Shown here piece after piece: positions 19,176 through 28,213 of a stretch of 64,000 nucleotides of DNA. The notes beneath the pieces are model-generated. The model was not told the origin of the DNA. It made no database searches and saw only the letters and a list, made by a program, of their open reading frames with translations. Every line of letters begins with the position of its first letter. Position 1 is the stretch's first letter. The translations under genes were made by a program, and so were the position numbers. The DNA comes from a virus (Duplodnaviria > Caudoviricetes), in IMG/VR virus record IMGVR_UViG_3300042914_002678. One strand, written 5' to 3'.

Positions 19176-19759
19176 TGCCACAGTCAGCCCCAGACTATAC
19201 TATTGCAAATAACTCGCATTGTTTTATGCATTGTGGGCCCATTGGACCAGAATCAATCGACGATGGTAGAGATTTAACAATCATCACCTCTGCTGATTCT
19301 CAAGTGGTGTATGGTAAAAGTGGAAATAAAGTTGAACATATAATGCGTAGTAATTATGAGACTTGTGGACATCAAACAGATCCTGAAGAAAATGGTGGAA
19401 TAGCACGATCTATTTGTGCAAAAAATGGAGATATTGCATTAATTGCCGAAAACGGAAGCATTAGATTAAAAGCAAAAAATATTTACATAGAGACAAGCGG
19501 CCCGTCTGGATCTGGTAATATTTTAGCTTCTGCAAATGGTCAAATAATACTTGCCACTGGTGATCAAATAAAATTAGCTGGAGGTAAAAATGTTTGCATT
19601 CATGGTGAAGGTGGAGTCACAATATCGTCACCAGCTTTTATAAAAAATGCAGGTAAAGTGATTGACGGTGGAGTTGCTTCTACTGGAAGTTTAATTTCTA
19701 GTGTCCTTGCTGGAAATTGGGGATCAATATTGCAAGGACTATCTAATTCATGTAAGTAA
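19175..19759 (+). CDS. Baseplate spike-region beta-helix protein
   Basis: I.A.NGDI.L.AENG.IRLKAKNI beta-strand pattern; likely start at ATG 19175 coupled to the upstream stop. Confidence 0.55.
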   Translation: MPQSAPDYTIANNSHCFMHCGPIGPESIDDGRDLTIITSADSQVVYGKSGNKVEHIMRSNYETCGHQTDPEENGGIARSICAKNGDIALIAENGSIRLKAKNIYIETSGPSGSGNILASANGQIILATGDQIKLAGGKNVCIHGEGGVTISSPAFIKNAGKVIDGGVASTGSLISSVLAGNWGSILQGLSNSCK

Positions 19760-19770
19760 GGAGAAATTAT

Positions 19771-20667
19771 ATGGCATCTTCAGATGGAGCAGGCGCAGGT
19801 TTACTAGACGTTATTCACGGATTATTTGGTACTTCCTTAGAATTACCTCAAGTTTTTAGGCAACCAGGAACTGCAAGTATATACCAAGCATATTTTGGCA
19901 TGGGACATACTGGAATGGATTTTTCATCTGTTACTATTAAACCAGGTCCTACGGCTCCAGTTAGTTTGACAGTATATGGAATATCAGATACTTTTGGATT
20001 TCATAATGTAAAAGGTGCAGTTGTTCATGATGGAACTACTTTGTGTGATGGTGTTTCATTTAAATCAATATGCACAGATAATTCTTTTCTTGGAGCTTCA
20101 TTTTCAGTAACTTCTGGTGGAGATAATTCAATCACAGCAGCTGGATCGAATGAAATTACTGCTCCAGCAACTACCATTAATAGTGAAATAACCACAATTA
20201 GTGGATTTGTTTTTATTGACGGAATTGGTGCAGATTTAGCAACTGCTATCAATAGTAAAAAAGGATTTGATATTCCTCACCCAAATAAACCTAATCATAG
20301 ATTGAGACACATTTGTGTAGAAGGTCCAGAATCTGCAATTTATATAAGAGGAAAATTACAAGGAAAAAATGTTATTGAATTGCCAGACTACTGGGAAGGT
20401 TTAATTGATCCAGAAACTATCAGCGTTAATTTGACACAAATTGGGCATAGTCAAGATTTAATTGTAGAATCAATTGAATGGGGAAAAAGAATAAGAATTA
20501 AATCTGGAAATGGAACTGCCATTAATTGTTATTATCAAGTTTGGGCAGATCGTTTAGGTGAAAAATTAATTGTTGAATATGAAGGGAAAACTCCCAATGA
20601 TTACCCAGGAGATAATAGCGAATACTCTCTTGCAGGATGGAACTACGACAGGAGAAACAATAAATGA
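19771..20667 (+). CDS. gp5 C-terminal-like spike protein with chaperone-type C-terminal domain
   Basis: KKGFDIPHPNKPNHRLRHICVEGPESAIYIRGKL...IELPDYWEGL; SD-like AGGAG upstream. Confidence 0.6.
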   Translation: MASSDGAGAGLLDVIHGLFGTSLELPQVFRQPGTASIYQAYFGMGHTGMDFSSVTIKPGPTAPVSLTVYGISDTFGFHNVKGAVVHDGTTLCDGVSFKSICTDNSFLGASFSVTSGGDNSITAAGSNEITAPATTINSEITTISGFVFIDGIGADLATAINSKKGFDIPHPNKPNHRLRHICVEGPESAIYIRGKLQGKNVIELPDYWEGLIDPETISVNLTQIGHSQDLIVESIEWGKRIRIKSGNGTAINCYYQVWADRLGEKLIVEYEGKTPNDYPGDNSEYSLAGWNYDRRNNK

Positions 20668-23600
20668 CCAGAATTAGAATCTATTATACAGATAGACCAC
20701 CTGAGGAAATTAATGACTTAGAAGTCAACACAATTAGTGTTGGTGGTACTATTAGTATTGGTGGAACTTCTATTACTGGTGTTGGCGGATCTGTTGGTAT
20801 TGGATCTACTCTTCCACGTTATAATTTAGATGTTGGTGGAGACATTAATTTTTCTGGTAGTCTTTATCAAAATGGCACTCTTTTCTCTGGTGGTGGAGGA
20901 GGTGGTGGTTTACAGGTGTCTCAAGGACTTCAAGGATCTTTAAGTAATTTTCAAGGAACTCAAGGACCTTTAAGTAATTTTCAAGGAACACAAGGACTCC
21001 AAGGAGCACAAGGACGCCAAGGATCTCAAGGGGCACAGAGTCTTCAAGGATCTTTAAGTAATTTTCAAGGAACTCAAGGTACTCAAGGACTTCAAGGAAA
21101 TCAAGGACTTCAAGGAAATCAAGGACTTCAGGGTCTTCAAGGATCTTTAAGTAATTTTCAAGGTACTCAAGGTCTTCAAGGGAACCAAGGATTACAGGGA
21201 ACCCAAGGTCTTCAAGGTAATCAAGGTCTTCAAGGTAATCAAGGTCTTCAAGGTAATCAAGGTCTTCAAGGTAATCAAGGACTTCAAGGGAACCAAGGAT
21301 TACAGGGAACTCAAGGTCGTCAAGGACTTCAAGGAAATCAAGGACTTCAAGGAAATCAAGGACTTCAAGGAAATCAAGGACTTCAAGGAAATCAAGGACT
21401 TCAGGGTCTTCAAGGATCTTTAAGTAATTTTCAAGGTACTCAAGGGGCACAGGGTCTTCAAGGATCTTTAAGTAATTTTCAAGGTACTCAAGGGGCACAA
21501 GGAACCCAAGGTCTTCAAGGGGCACAAGGTACTCAAGGTCTTCAAGGTAATCAAGGTCTTCAAGGACATCAAGGAACCCAAGGTCTTCAAGGTAATCAAG
21601 GTCTTCAAGGTAATCAAGGTCTTCAAGGACATCAAGGAACCCAAGGTCTTCAAGGCAATCAAGGTCTTCAAGGAGATCAAGGAACTCAAGGTAATCAAGG
21701 TCTTCAAGGACATCAAGGAACTCAAGGTCTTCAGGGAAACCAAGGATTGCAGGGAGATCAAGGCACTCAAGGAACACAAGGTCTTCAGGGAGATCAAGGT
21801 ACTCAAGGAACCCAAGGTCTTCAAGGACATCAAGGTCTTCAAGGTAATCAAGGTCTTCAAGGACATCAAGGAACCCAAGGTCTTCAAGGTAATCAAGGTA
21901 CTCAAGGATTGCAAGGAAATCAGGGTCTTCAGGGGAACCAAGGATTACAAGGAAATCAGGGTCTTCAGGGGAACCAAGGATTACAAGGAAATCAAGGATT
22001 ACAAGGACATCAAGGTACTCAAGGATTACAAGGAAATCAGGGTCTTCAGGGTGATCAAGGAACTCAGGGAACACAAGGTCTTCAGGGTGATCAAGGTACT
22101 CAAGGTCTTCAAGGTAATCAAGGTCTTCAAGGACTTCAAGGTAATCAAGGTCTTCAAGGTAATCAAGGTCTTCAAGGTTTAAGTAATCAAGGAACACAAG
22201 GTCTTCAAGGTACTCAAGGACTTCAAGGTACTCAAGGTCTTCAAGGTAATCAAGGTCTTCAAGGTTTAAGTAATCAAGGAACACAAGGTCTTCAAGGTAC
22301 TCAAGGACTTCAAGGTACTCAAGGTCTTCAAGGCACTCAAGGTCTTCAAGGTTTAAGTAATCAAGGAACCCAAGGTCTTCAAGGCACTCAAGGTCTTCAA
22401 GGTACTCAAGGTCTTCAAGGTTTAAGTAATCAAGGAACACAAGGTCTCCAAGGACTTCAAGGTGATCAAGGCACTCAAGGTCTTCAAGGCACTCAAGGTC
22501 TTCAAGGTACTCAAGGACTTCAAGGTACTCAAGGTCTTCAAGGCACTCAAGGTCTTCAAGGCACTCAAGGTCTTCAAGGCACTCAAGGTCTTCAAGGTAC
22601 TCAAGGACTTCAAGGTACTCAAGGTCTTCAAGGTAATCAAGGTAATCAAGGTCTTCAAGGTAATCAAGGTCTTCAAGGACATCAAGGAACCCAAGGTCTT
22701 CAGGGGAACCAAGGATTACAGGGACAACAAGGAACTCAGGGAGCAGGATTCGATAAAATTTTTAATGACCTTACAAGTAATGAAATAAAATATGTTGGAT
22801 TTTTAACACAAAGTAGTGGATCTATATCAACAATATTCACTTCTTCGGAAAAATTAACATTCATACCTTCATCTGGTAGTCTTGGAGTAGGAACTTCTAG
22901 TCCATATTCAAACACTTCATTAACTGTTGTTGGAACTGCAACTGCTACAAATTATCTTGGTGATGGATCTGGATTAGTTGGAATTGTAACTCAATTAGTT
23001 TCTGGAATAGGCATTGATCTTAATCCAACTAATGGTAAAGGTAAAGTATCAATAACCTCTTATAAACCAATTGGAAAAACCATTTATGTTTCTCAAACTG
23101 GAAATGATAGTAACACTGGACTAGCAGAAAATCATCCAAAAAGAACGATTAAAAATGCAGCAGGAATTGCAAGTTCTGGCGATACGATTAAAGTTTTTCC
23201 AGGTGTATATGTTGAAGATAATCCAGTAATCTTACAAAAAACAGTTTCTGTTGAAGGAACAGAACTTAGAAATTGTATGATTACTCCACAAAATTCTGGA
23301 TTAGATTTGTTCTATGTTAATAATGGTTGTCATTTAACAGATTTAAGTTTTGTTGGTCCAGAATCAACTAATGGTGCGGCAATTGTTGCTTTCCAACCGT
23401 TGGCAGGAGTTTCTTCTGATAGATTTTTTGACGGCGCAAGAATGATTCGTATGAATCTAGATTTCATTGCTTCCGAAGCAGTTGGATATTTAACAAGTAC
23501 AAATTATAAAAATCCAGCGTTTGTTGTCCCAACAGGAAATCCAAATGATTGTAAAGATGATGTAAAAGATGTGTTCAGAGCAGTCTGTCATGACATTACA

Positions 23601-25151
23601 AGAGGTGGAAATTCAAAATGTGTTGGTGCTGGAAAGTCTTATTATAATGGTGCAACTCTTCTTCATATTACTGGAACAGATACGAATGGTTATAGTGTTA
23701 AAGACGCAACAATTGATACTTTAAAATATGCGATTGGAATTGCCTTCTCGTGTATTAATAATGTTTTATGGACTGGAAATCATCAAAGTGTGAATACTCA
23801 AATAAGAGATTTAAGTATTCAATCTGATGGAGCAACAAATTATAATTTATTAAATTGTTCTAATGTTCTTTCTGCAGTCCATACTTGTGTCGGTGTTGTC
23901 ACTACGATTATCAGAGATGGATTATCTGGTTCTGGAATTAATACAACATATCCGTCAGATTATGACGGTCAAACTGGAAATAATTGGTCCTTAAGTAAAA
24001 TTGGATTGACAACTTACTCTCCTGGGGTTGGAAATATCACACAAGGCCCTTATGTAAGAAACTGTACAAACTTTATACCAAATAGTATTGGACTGAAAGT
24101 TGACGGATTTCACGCAGAACCTGGAGATTTGGATGATTTTGGTGTCACAGGATCCATGTCCGTTGACTCTTATACTCAATATAATCAGGGTGGAATTGGC
24201 GTTTCAATTACAAACGGCGCTTATGCTCAGTTAGTTTCAATTTTCACGATATGTAATGATATAGGGCACTGGACTTCTGGTGGTGGACAATGTGATATTA
24301 CAAACTCAAATTGTTCTTTTGGAAATAAAGGTTTAGTTTCTAATGGAGTCGGTGATGCAGAATCTAGATCAATTTATCGTTATACTGGAAATGTAGTAAA
24401 TGAAGTAATATTTGATAGTGATAATTCAGATACGGTTGTAATTTCTGGGGTTGGAAATAATCGTCCGTATGATGGTCAGGCAATATATTTTGATAAACTA
24501 TATTATCAGGTTCAATCAATTCAAGTTACAAATAATGGTTCTGGATATTCGCCAACAAATCCCCCAACCATTGTATTTTCAAATCCGACAGGAGAAAATG
24601 GACTTACTGCAGAAGCTTCTGTGAATGTTTCTAATAATGGAACGATTATTTCAATAGACGTTAATAATACTGGTTCCCAATATCTAATGAATCCAGGATA
24701 CTCCATTAATCATAATGGTGGAGTTGGTCTCGCATTTACAACAACTCTATACCCAATTTTTTATGGAATAGAAAGTGCTTCATTGCCAGTGTCTGGAATT
24801 TCTACTGTAGTTTTACAACAGAATCTAAATAATACAGTCAGTACTGGAACTACTGTTTATTTTTCAAGATTAAGTTTACAACTTGCAACTACAATTTCTT
24901 TAGAGTGGGTTGGTAGCGGAATTGATATTAATACTGCAAAACCTTCTTTAGGTGGTGTTACAATTCCAGAAAATGAATTTGTAATGTTAGATGGTGGTAA
25001 AATTATATTTACTGGTACAAATCAATCTGGAAACTTTAGAATCGGACCAGACGTAACTATAAATCAGCTTACGGGAACAATCAGTGGAAGAGCGTTCAAT
25101 CAAAGTTTGTTAAATACAGTAACACCTTTAATTATTGCATTAGGAATATAA
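20664..25151 (+). CDS. Collagen-like tail fibre (1495 aa) with beta-helix C-terminal domain
   Basis: Long G-X-Q run; then IYVSQTGNDSNTG...PKRTIKNA and GDTIKVFPGVYVEDNP, a parallel beta-helix entry motif. Confidence 0.8.
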   Translation: MTRIRIYYTDRPPEEINDLEVNTISVGGTISIGGTSITGVGGSVGIGSTLPRYNLDVGGDINFSGSLYQNGTLFSGGGGGGGLQVSQGLQGSLSNFQGTQGPLSNFQGTQGLQGAQGRQGSQGAQSLQGSLSNFQGTQGTQGLQGNQGLQGNQGLQGLQGSLSNFQGTQGLQGNQGLQGTQGLQGNQGLQGNQGLQGNQGLQGNQGLQGNQGLQGTQGRQGLQGNQGLQGNQGLQGNQGLQGNQGLQGLQGSLSNFQGTQGAQGLQGSLSNFQGTQGAQGTQGLQGAQGTQGLQGNQGLQGHQGTQGLQGNQGLQGNQGLQGHQGTQGLQGNQGLQGDQGTQGNQGLQGHQGTQGLQGNQGLQGDQGTQGTQGLQGDQGTQGTQGLQGHQGLQGNQGLQGHQGTQGLQGNQGTQGLQGNQGLQGNQGLQGNQGLQGNQGLQGNQGLQGHQGTQGLQGNQGLQGDQGTQGTQGLQGDQGTQGLQGNQGLQGLQGNQGLQGNQGLQGLSNQGTQGLQGTQGLQGTQGLQGNQGLQGLSNQGTQGLQGTQGLQGTQGLQGTQGLQGLSNQGTQGLQGTQGLQGTQGLQGLSNQGTQGLQGLQGDQGTQGLQGTQGLQGTQGLQGTQGLQGTQGLQGTQGLQGTQGLQGTQGLQGTQGLQGNQGNQGLQGNQGLQGHQGTQGLQGNQGLQGQQGTQGAGFDKIFNDLTSNEIKYVGFLTQSSGSISTIFTSSEKLTFIPSSGSLGVGTSSPYSNTSLTVVGTATATNYLGDGSGLVGIVTQLVSGIGIDLNPTNGKGKVSITSYKPIGKTIYVSQTGNDSNTGLAENHPKRTIKNAAGIASSGDTIKVFPGVYVEDNPVILQKTVSVEGTELRNCMITPQNSGLDLFYVNNGCHLTDLSFVGPESTNGAAIVAFQPLAGVSSDRFFDGARMIRMNLDFIASEAVGYLTSTNYKNPAFVVPTGNPNDCKDDVKDVFRAVCHDITRGGNSKCVGAGKSYYNGATLLHITGTDTNGYSVKDATIDTLKYAIGIAFSCINNVLWTGNHQSVNTQIRDLSIQSDGATNYNLLNCSNVLSAVHTCVGVVTTIIRDGLSGSGINTTYPSDYDGQTGNNWSLSKIGLTTYSPGVGNITQGPYVRNCTNFIPNSIGLKVDGFHAEPGDLDDFGVTGSMSVDSYTQYNQGGIGVSITNGAYAQLVSIFTICNDIGHWTSGGGQCDITNSNCSFGNKGLVSNGVGDAESRSIYRYTGNVVNEVIFDSDNSDTVVISGVGNNRPYDGQAIYFDKLYYQVQSIQVTNNGSGYSPTNPPTIVFSNPTGENGLTAEASVNVSNNGTIISIDVNNTGSQYLMNPGYSINHNGGVGLAFTTTLYPIFYGIESASLPVSGISTVVLQQNLNNTVSTGTTVYFSRLSLQLATTISLEWVGSGIDINTAKPSLGGVTIPENEFVMLDGGKIIFTGTNQSGNFRIGPDVTINQLTGTISGRAFNQSLLNTVTPLIIALGI
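20907..22743 (+). repeat. 9-bp-unit collagen repeat (GLQ/GNQ/GTQ)
   Basis: Tandem caaggtctt/caaggtaat/caaggtact units with GLSNQ and GSLSNFQ interruptions. Confidence 0.95.
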
Positions 25152-25152
25152 A

Positions 25153-25500
25153 ATGGCAGTAGTTGCACTTAATAAATTTAGAACAATAAGATATAATTTA
25201 ACAACCGCAAATGTTGGAATATATACATGTCCCGCTGGAGTAGCATCGATTATTATTTTATCTCAAGTATCAAATACTTCTTCGGGTATTGTATCAGTAA
25301 CTGCATATCATTCTAGAACTTCAGAGTCTCCAAGTGATACTAGTTTAAGTGCTCAGGTTCCAATACCACCAAAAGACGGTTATAATATAGTTTCTGACGG
25401 CAGACTTGTTTTAGAAACTAATGATATTTTCAAAGTTCAAGCGAGTGAAAATAACGCCTTAACTTTAGTATTAAGTGTTTTAGAAACTGCAAAACAGTGA
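25153..25500 (+). CDS. Small beta-rich virion/fibre-associated protein
   Basis: 115 aa; VALNKFRTI, IYTCPAGV, LVLETND, LSVLETAKQ; directly follows the fibre gene. Confidence 0.6.
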   Translation: MAVVALNKFRTIRYNLTTANVGIYTCPAGVASIIILSQVSNTSSGIVSVTAYHSRTSESPSDTSLSAQVPIPPKDGYNIVSDGRLVLETNDIFKVQASENNALTLVLSVLETAKQ

Positions 25501-25510
25501 TAAAGATAAA

Positions 25511-27793
25511 ATGGTAAAATATAATTCTGGTAGAGTAAGAAGATTTGATCAAACTGGAATAACTTCTGATAGATATGAGTTTTTATCATTAGAACAAGCA
25601 GAACCAGATTTAGGTGATCCTAAAGTTGGTATTGCATCTACTACTGTAAATCCAAAACCAGTTGGTCAAACTTTTATCTTGGCTGCTGTTGATGGGCATG
25701 TTGGAAAAAGATATTGGTTGCCCATTTCTGAAGAAGGTTCTGGAATTGATTTAAAAGGTCTCCAAGGATCACAAGGACTTCAGGGAAACCAAGGATTACA
25801 GGGAAATCAGGGTCTTCAAGGATTCTCAGGAGGAACTGGAACTGAGGGAGATCAGGGTGCTCAAGGTCTTCAGGGAGATCAAGGTACTCAAGGAACCCAA
25901 GGACTTCAGGGGAACCAAGGATTGCAGGGAAATCAGGGTCTTCAAGGTAATCAAGGTCTTCAAGGTTTAAGTAATCAAGGTACTCAAGGACTTCAAGGTA
26001 CTCAAGGTTTTCAAGGTACTCAAGGTCTTCAGGGTGGTGGGTCTCAGGGCAATCAAGGTCTTCAAGGACATCAAGGAATCCAAGGTCTTCAAGGTAATCA
26101 GGGACTTCAAGGTTTAAGTAATCAAGGTCTTCAAGGACTTCAAGGCACTCAAGGACTTCAAGGTACTCAAGGTCTTCAAGGAGCACAAGGTCTTCAAGGA
26201 TTCGCAGGAGGAACTGGAACTGAGGGAGATCAGGGTGCTCAAGGTCTTCAGGGAGATCAAGGTACTCAAGGAACACAAGGTCTTCAAGGAACACAGGGAA
26301 TAGGTGGACAACCAGCTTCTTGGGTAAGAAAAACTATTTTAAATGATAATGATTTATTAGTAGATGGTAGTCAAGTAATATCGGATACAACTTCTGGATC
26401 TTTTACCTTAAAGTTACCACTTAGTCCTCCACCTGGAGCAATAGTGAGAATAGCTGATGGTGGAAATTGGTTTGTAAATAATCTAACATTAGATAGAAAT
26501 GGAAGCACTATTGAGGGTTATTCTGAAGATTTAATTATTGATATTTCAAATACTATTTTAGATATAATTTATGAAGATGAAGGTGGAACTGGTACTTGGC
26601 ATGTATTTTCTTCTTTAGGTAGTCAAGGAACACAGGGGGTTCAAGGATTACAGGGAAATCAAGGTCTTCAAGGACATCAAGGAACCCAAGGTCTTCAAGG
26701 CAATCAAGGTCTTCAAGGCAATCAAGGTCTTCAAGGCAATCAAGGTCTTCAAGGCAATCAAGGACTTCAAGGGAACCAAGGATTACAGGGAACTCAAGGT
26801 CTTCAAGGCAATCAAGGTCTTCAAGGTAATCAAGGACTTCAAGGGAACCAAGGATTACAGGGAACTCAAGGTCTTCAAGGCAATCAAGGTCTTCAAGGCA
26901 ATCAAGGTCTTCAAGGTGATCAAGGCACTCAAGGACTTCAAGGTGTTCAAGGACTTCAAGGTGTTCAAGGACTTCAAGGTGTTCAAGGACTTCAAGGATT
27001 ACAGGGAGCTCAAGGTCTTCAAGGAACACAAGGTCTTCAGGGAAACCAAGGATTACAGGGAAATCAGGGTCTTCAGGGAAACCAAGGATTACAGGGAAAT
27101 CAGGGTCTTCAAGGTACTCAAGGTCTTCAAGGTCGCCAAGGTCTTCAAGGTCGCCAAGGTCTTCAAGGTAATCAAGGTCTTCAAGGACATCAAGGAATCC
27201 AAGGTCTTCAAGGTTTAAGTAATCAAGGCACTCAAGGACTTCAAGGACATCAAGGGGTTCAAGGTCTTCAGGGAGATCAAGGAACTCAGGGAACGCAAGG
27301 TCTTCAAGGAAATCAAGGAACACAAGGTCTTCAAGGTTTAAGTAATCAAGGTCGCCAAGGTCTTCAAGGTAATCAAGGTCTTCAAGGTAATCAAGGTCTT
27401 CAAGGTACTCAAGGAACACAAGGTCTTCAAGGTACTCAAGGTCTTCAAGGTAATCAAGGTCTTCAAGGTAATCAAGGTCTTCAAGGTAATCAAGGTCTTC
27501 AAGGACATCAAGGTAATCAAGGTCTTCAAGGTCTTCAAGGTAATCAAGGTCTTCAAGGTAATCAAGGTCTTCAAGGACATCAAGGAACCCAAGGTCTTCA
27601 AGGTAATCAAGGTCTTCAAGGTAATCAAGGTCTTCAAGGACATCAAGGAACCCAAGGTCTTCAAGGTAATCAAGGTTTAAGTAATCAAGGCACTCAAGGT
27701 CTTCAAGGTAATCAAGGTCTTCAGGGAACAAGGCTCCAAGGAACTGCAGGTTCTGATGATGTGAGTTTAGTTATTTTGGCTATGTTATTTTGA
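25511..27793 (+). CDS. Second collagen-like fibre (760 aa) with an internal globular domain
   Basis: Two G-X-Q tracts flanking DTTSGSFTLKLPLSPPPG...NNLTLDRNGSTIEG. Confidence 0.8.
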   Translation: MVKYNSGRVRRFDQTGITSDRYEFLSLEQAEPDLGDPKVGIASTTVNPKPVGQTFILAAVDGHVGKRYWLPISEEGSGIDLKGLQGSQGLQGNQGLQGNQGLQGFSGGTGTEGDQGAQGLQGDQGTQGTQGLQGNQGLQGNQGLQGNQGLQGLSNQGTQGLQGTQGFQGTQGLQGGGSQGNQGLQGHQGIQGLQGNQGLQGLSNQGLQGLQGTQGLQGTQGLQGAQGLQGFAGGTGTEGDQGAQGLQGDQGTQGTQGLQGTQGIGGQPASWVRKTILNDNDLLVDGSQVISDTTSGSFTLKLPLSPPPGAIVRIADGGNWFVNNLTLDRNGSTIEGYSEDLIIDISNTILDIIYEDEGGTGTWHVFSSLGSQGTQGVQGLQGNQGLQGHQGTQGLQGNQGLQGNQGLQGNQGLQGNQGLQGNQGLQGTQGLQGNQGLQGNQGLQGNQGLQGTQGLQGNQGLQGNQGLQGDQGTQGLQGVQGLQGVQGLQGVQGLQGLQGAQGLQGTQGLQGNQGLQGNQGLQGNQGLQGNQGLQGTQGLQGRQGLQGRQGLQGNQGLQGHQGIQGLQGLSNQGTQGLQGHQGVQGLQGDQGTQGTQGLQGNQGTQGLQGLSNQGRQGLQGNQGLQGNQGLQGTQGTQGLQGTQGLQGNQGLQGNQGLQGNQGLQGHQGNQGLQGLQGNQGLQGNQGLQGHQGTQGLQGNQGLQGNQGLQGHQGTQGLQGNQGLSNQGTQGLQGNQGLQGTRLQGTAGSDDVSLVILAMLF
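25757..26305 (+). repeat. Collagen repeat tract 1 of the second fibre
   Basis: G-X-Q units; the block GGTGTEGDQGAQGLQGDQGTQGTQGLQG occurs twice. Confidence 0.9.
26618..27747 (+). repeat. Collagen repeat tract 2 of the second fibre
   Basis: Tandem caaggtcttcaaggtaat-type units. Confidence 0.95.
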
Positions 27794-27835
27794 AAAATAA
27801 ACAAATAAATAAAATTAATAAGATTTATTTGAAAA

Positions 27836-28213
27836 ATGACAGCACCAAATATCAGAAATCCAAGCTTTATTGTTGGTAATACTACAGGAACTACTTTAAC
27901 TACAACAAATTTAACTACAGTATTATCAAATCTAGCAAATAGTGGAAAAGTTTTTAAAATTAATAGTATTTTTGCGGCTAATATTGACGGCATAACTGCA
28001 GCTTCAATAAGTATTGCAATAAATTACAACGGTGCTGCATCAGACATATACCTAGCATACACTATTGAAGTTCCACCAGATTCTACGCAGGTTATATCAA
28101 CAAAAGAAACATATTTTTATTTGCAAGAGAACTGTTCTATAAAGGCACAGGCATCTGTTGCAAATGATATTGCCGTAACTATTTCATATGAAGACATTTT
28201 TGAACAATTATGA
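27836..28213 (+). CDS. Small beta-rich virion/fibre-associated protein
   Basis: 125 aa; SGKVFKINSIFAANIDG, YLAYTIEVPPDST, ISYE; follows the fibre gene and an ATAAATA late promoter. Confidence 0.6.
   Translation: MTAPNIRNPSFIVGNTTGTTLTTTNLTTVLSNLANSGKVFKINSIFAANIDGITAASISIAINYNGAASDIYLAYTIEVPPDSTQVISTKETYFYLQENCSIKAQASVANDIAVTISYEDIFEQL

Noticed and set aside
20845-22788. Long minus-strand and alternative-frame ORFs (LEDLDY, LKTL, FKVFK repeats)
   Set aside because: Shadow frames of the 9-bp collagen repeat, which happens to lack stops; no RBS, promoter or non-repetitive domain.
20907-27747. Possible CRISPR array or diversity-generating retroelement repeats
   Set aside because: The repeats are contiguous in-frame 9-bp coding units with no unique spacers; no cas gene or reverse transcriptase is present in the window.
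25674-27993. Minus-strand and alternative-frame ORFs over the second collagen gene
   Set aside because: Same shadow-frame artefact.
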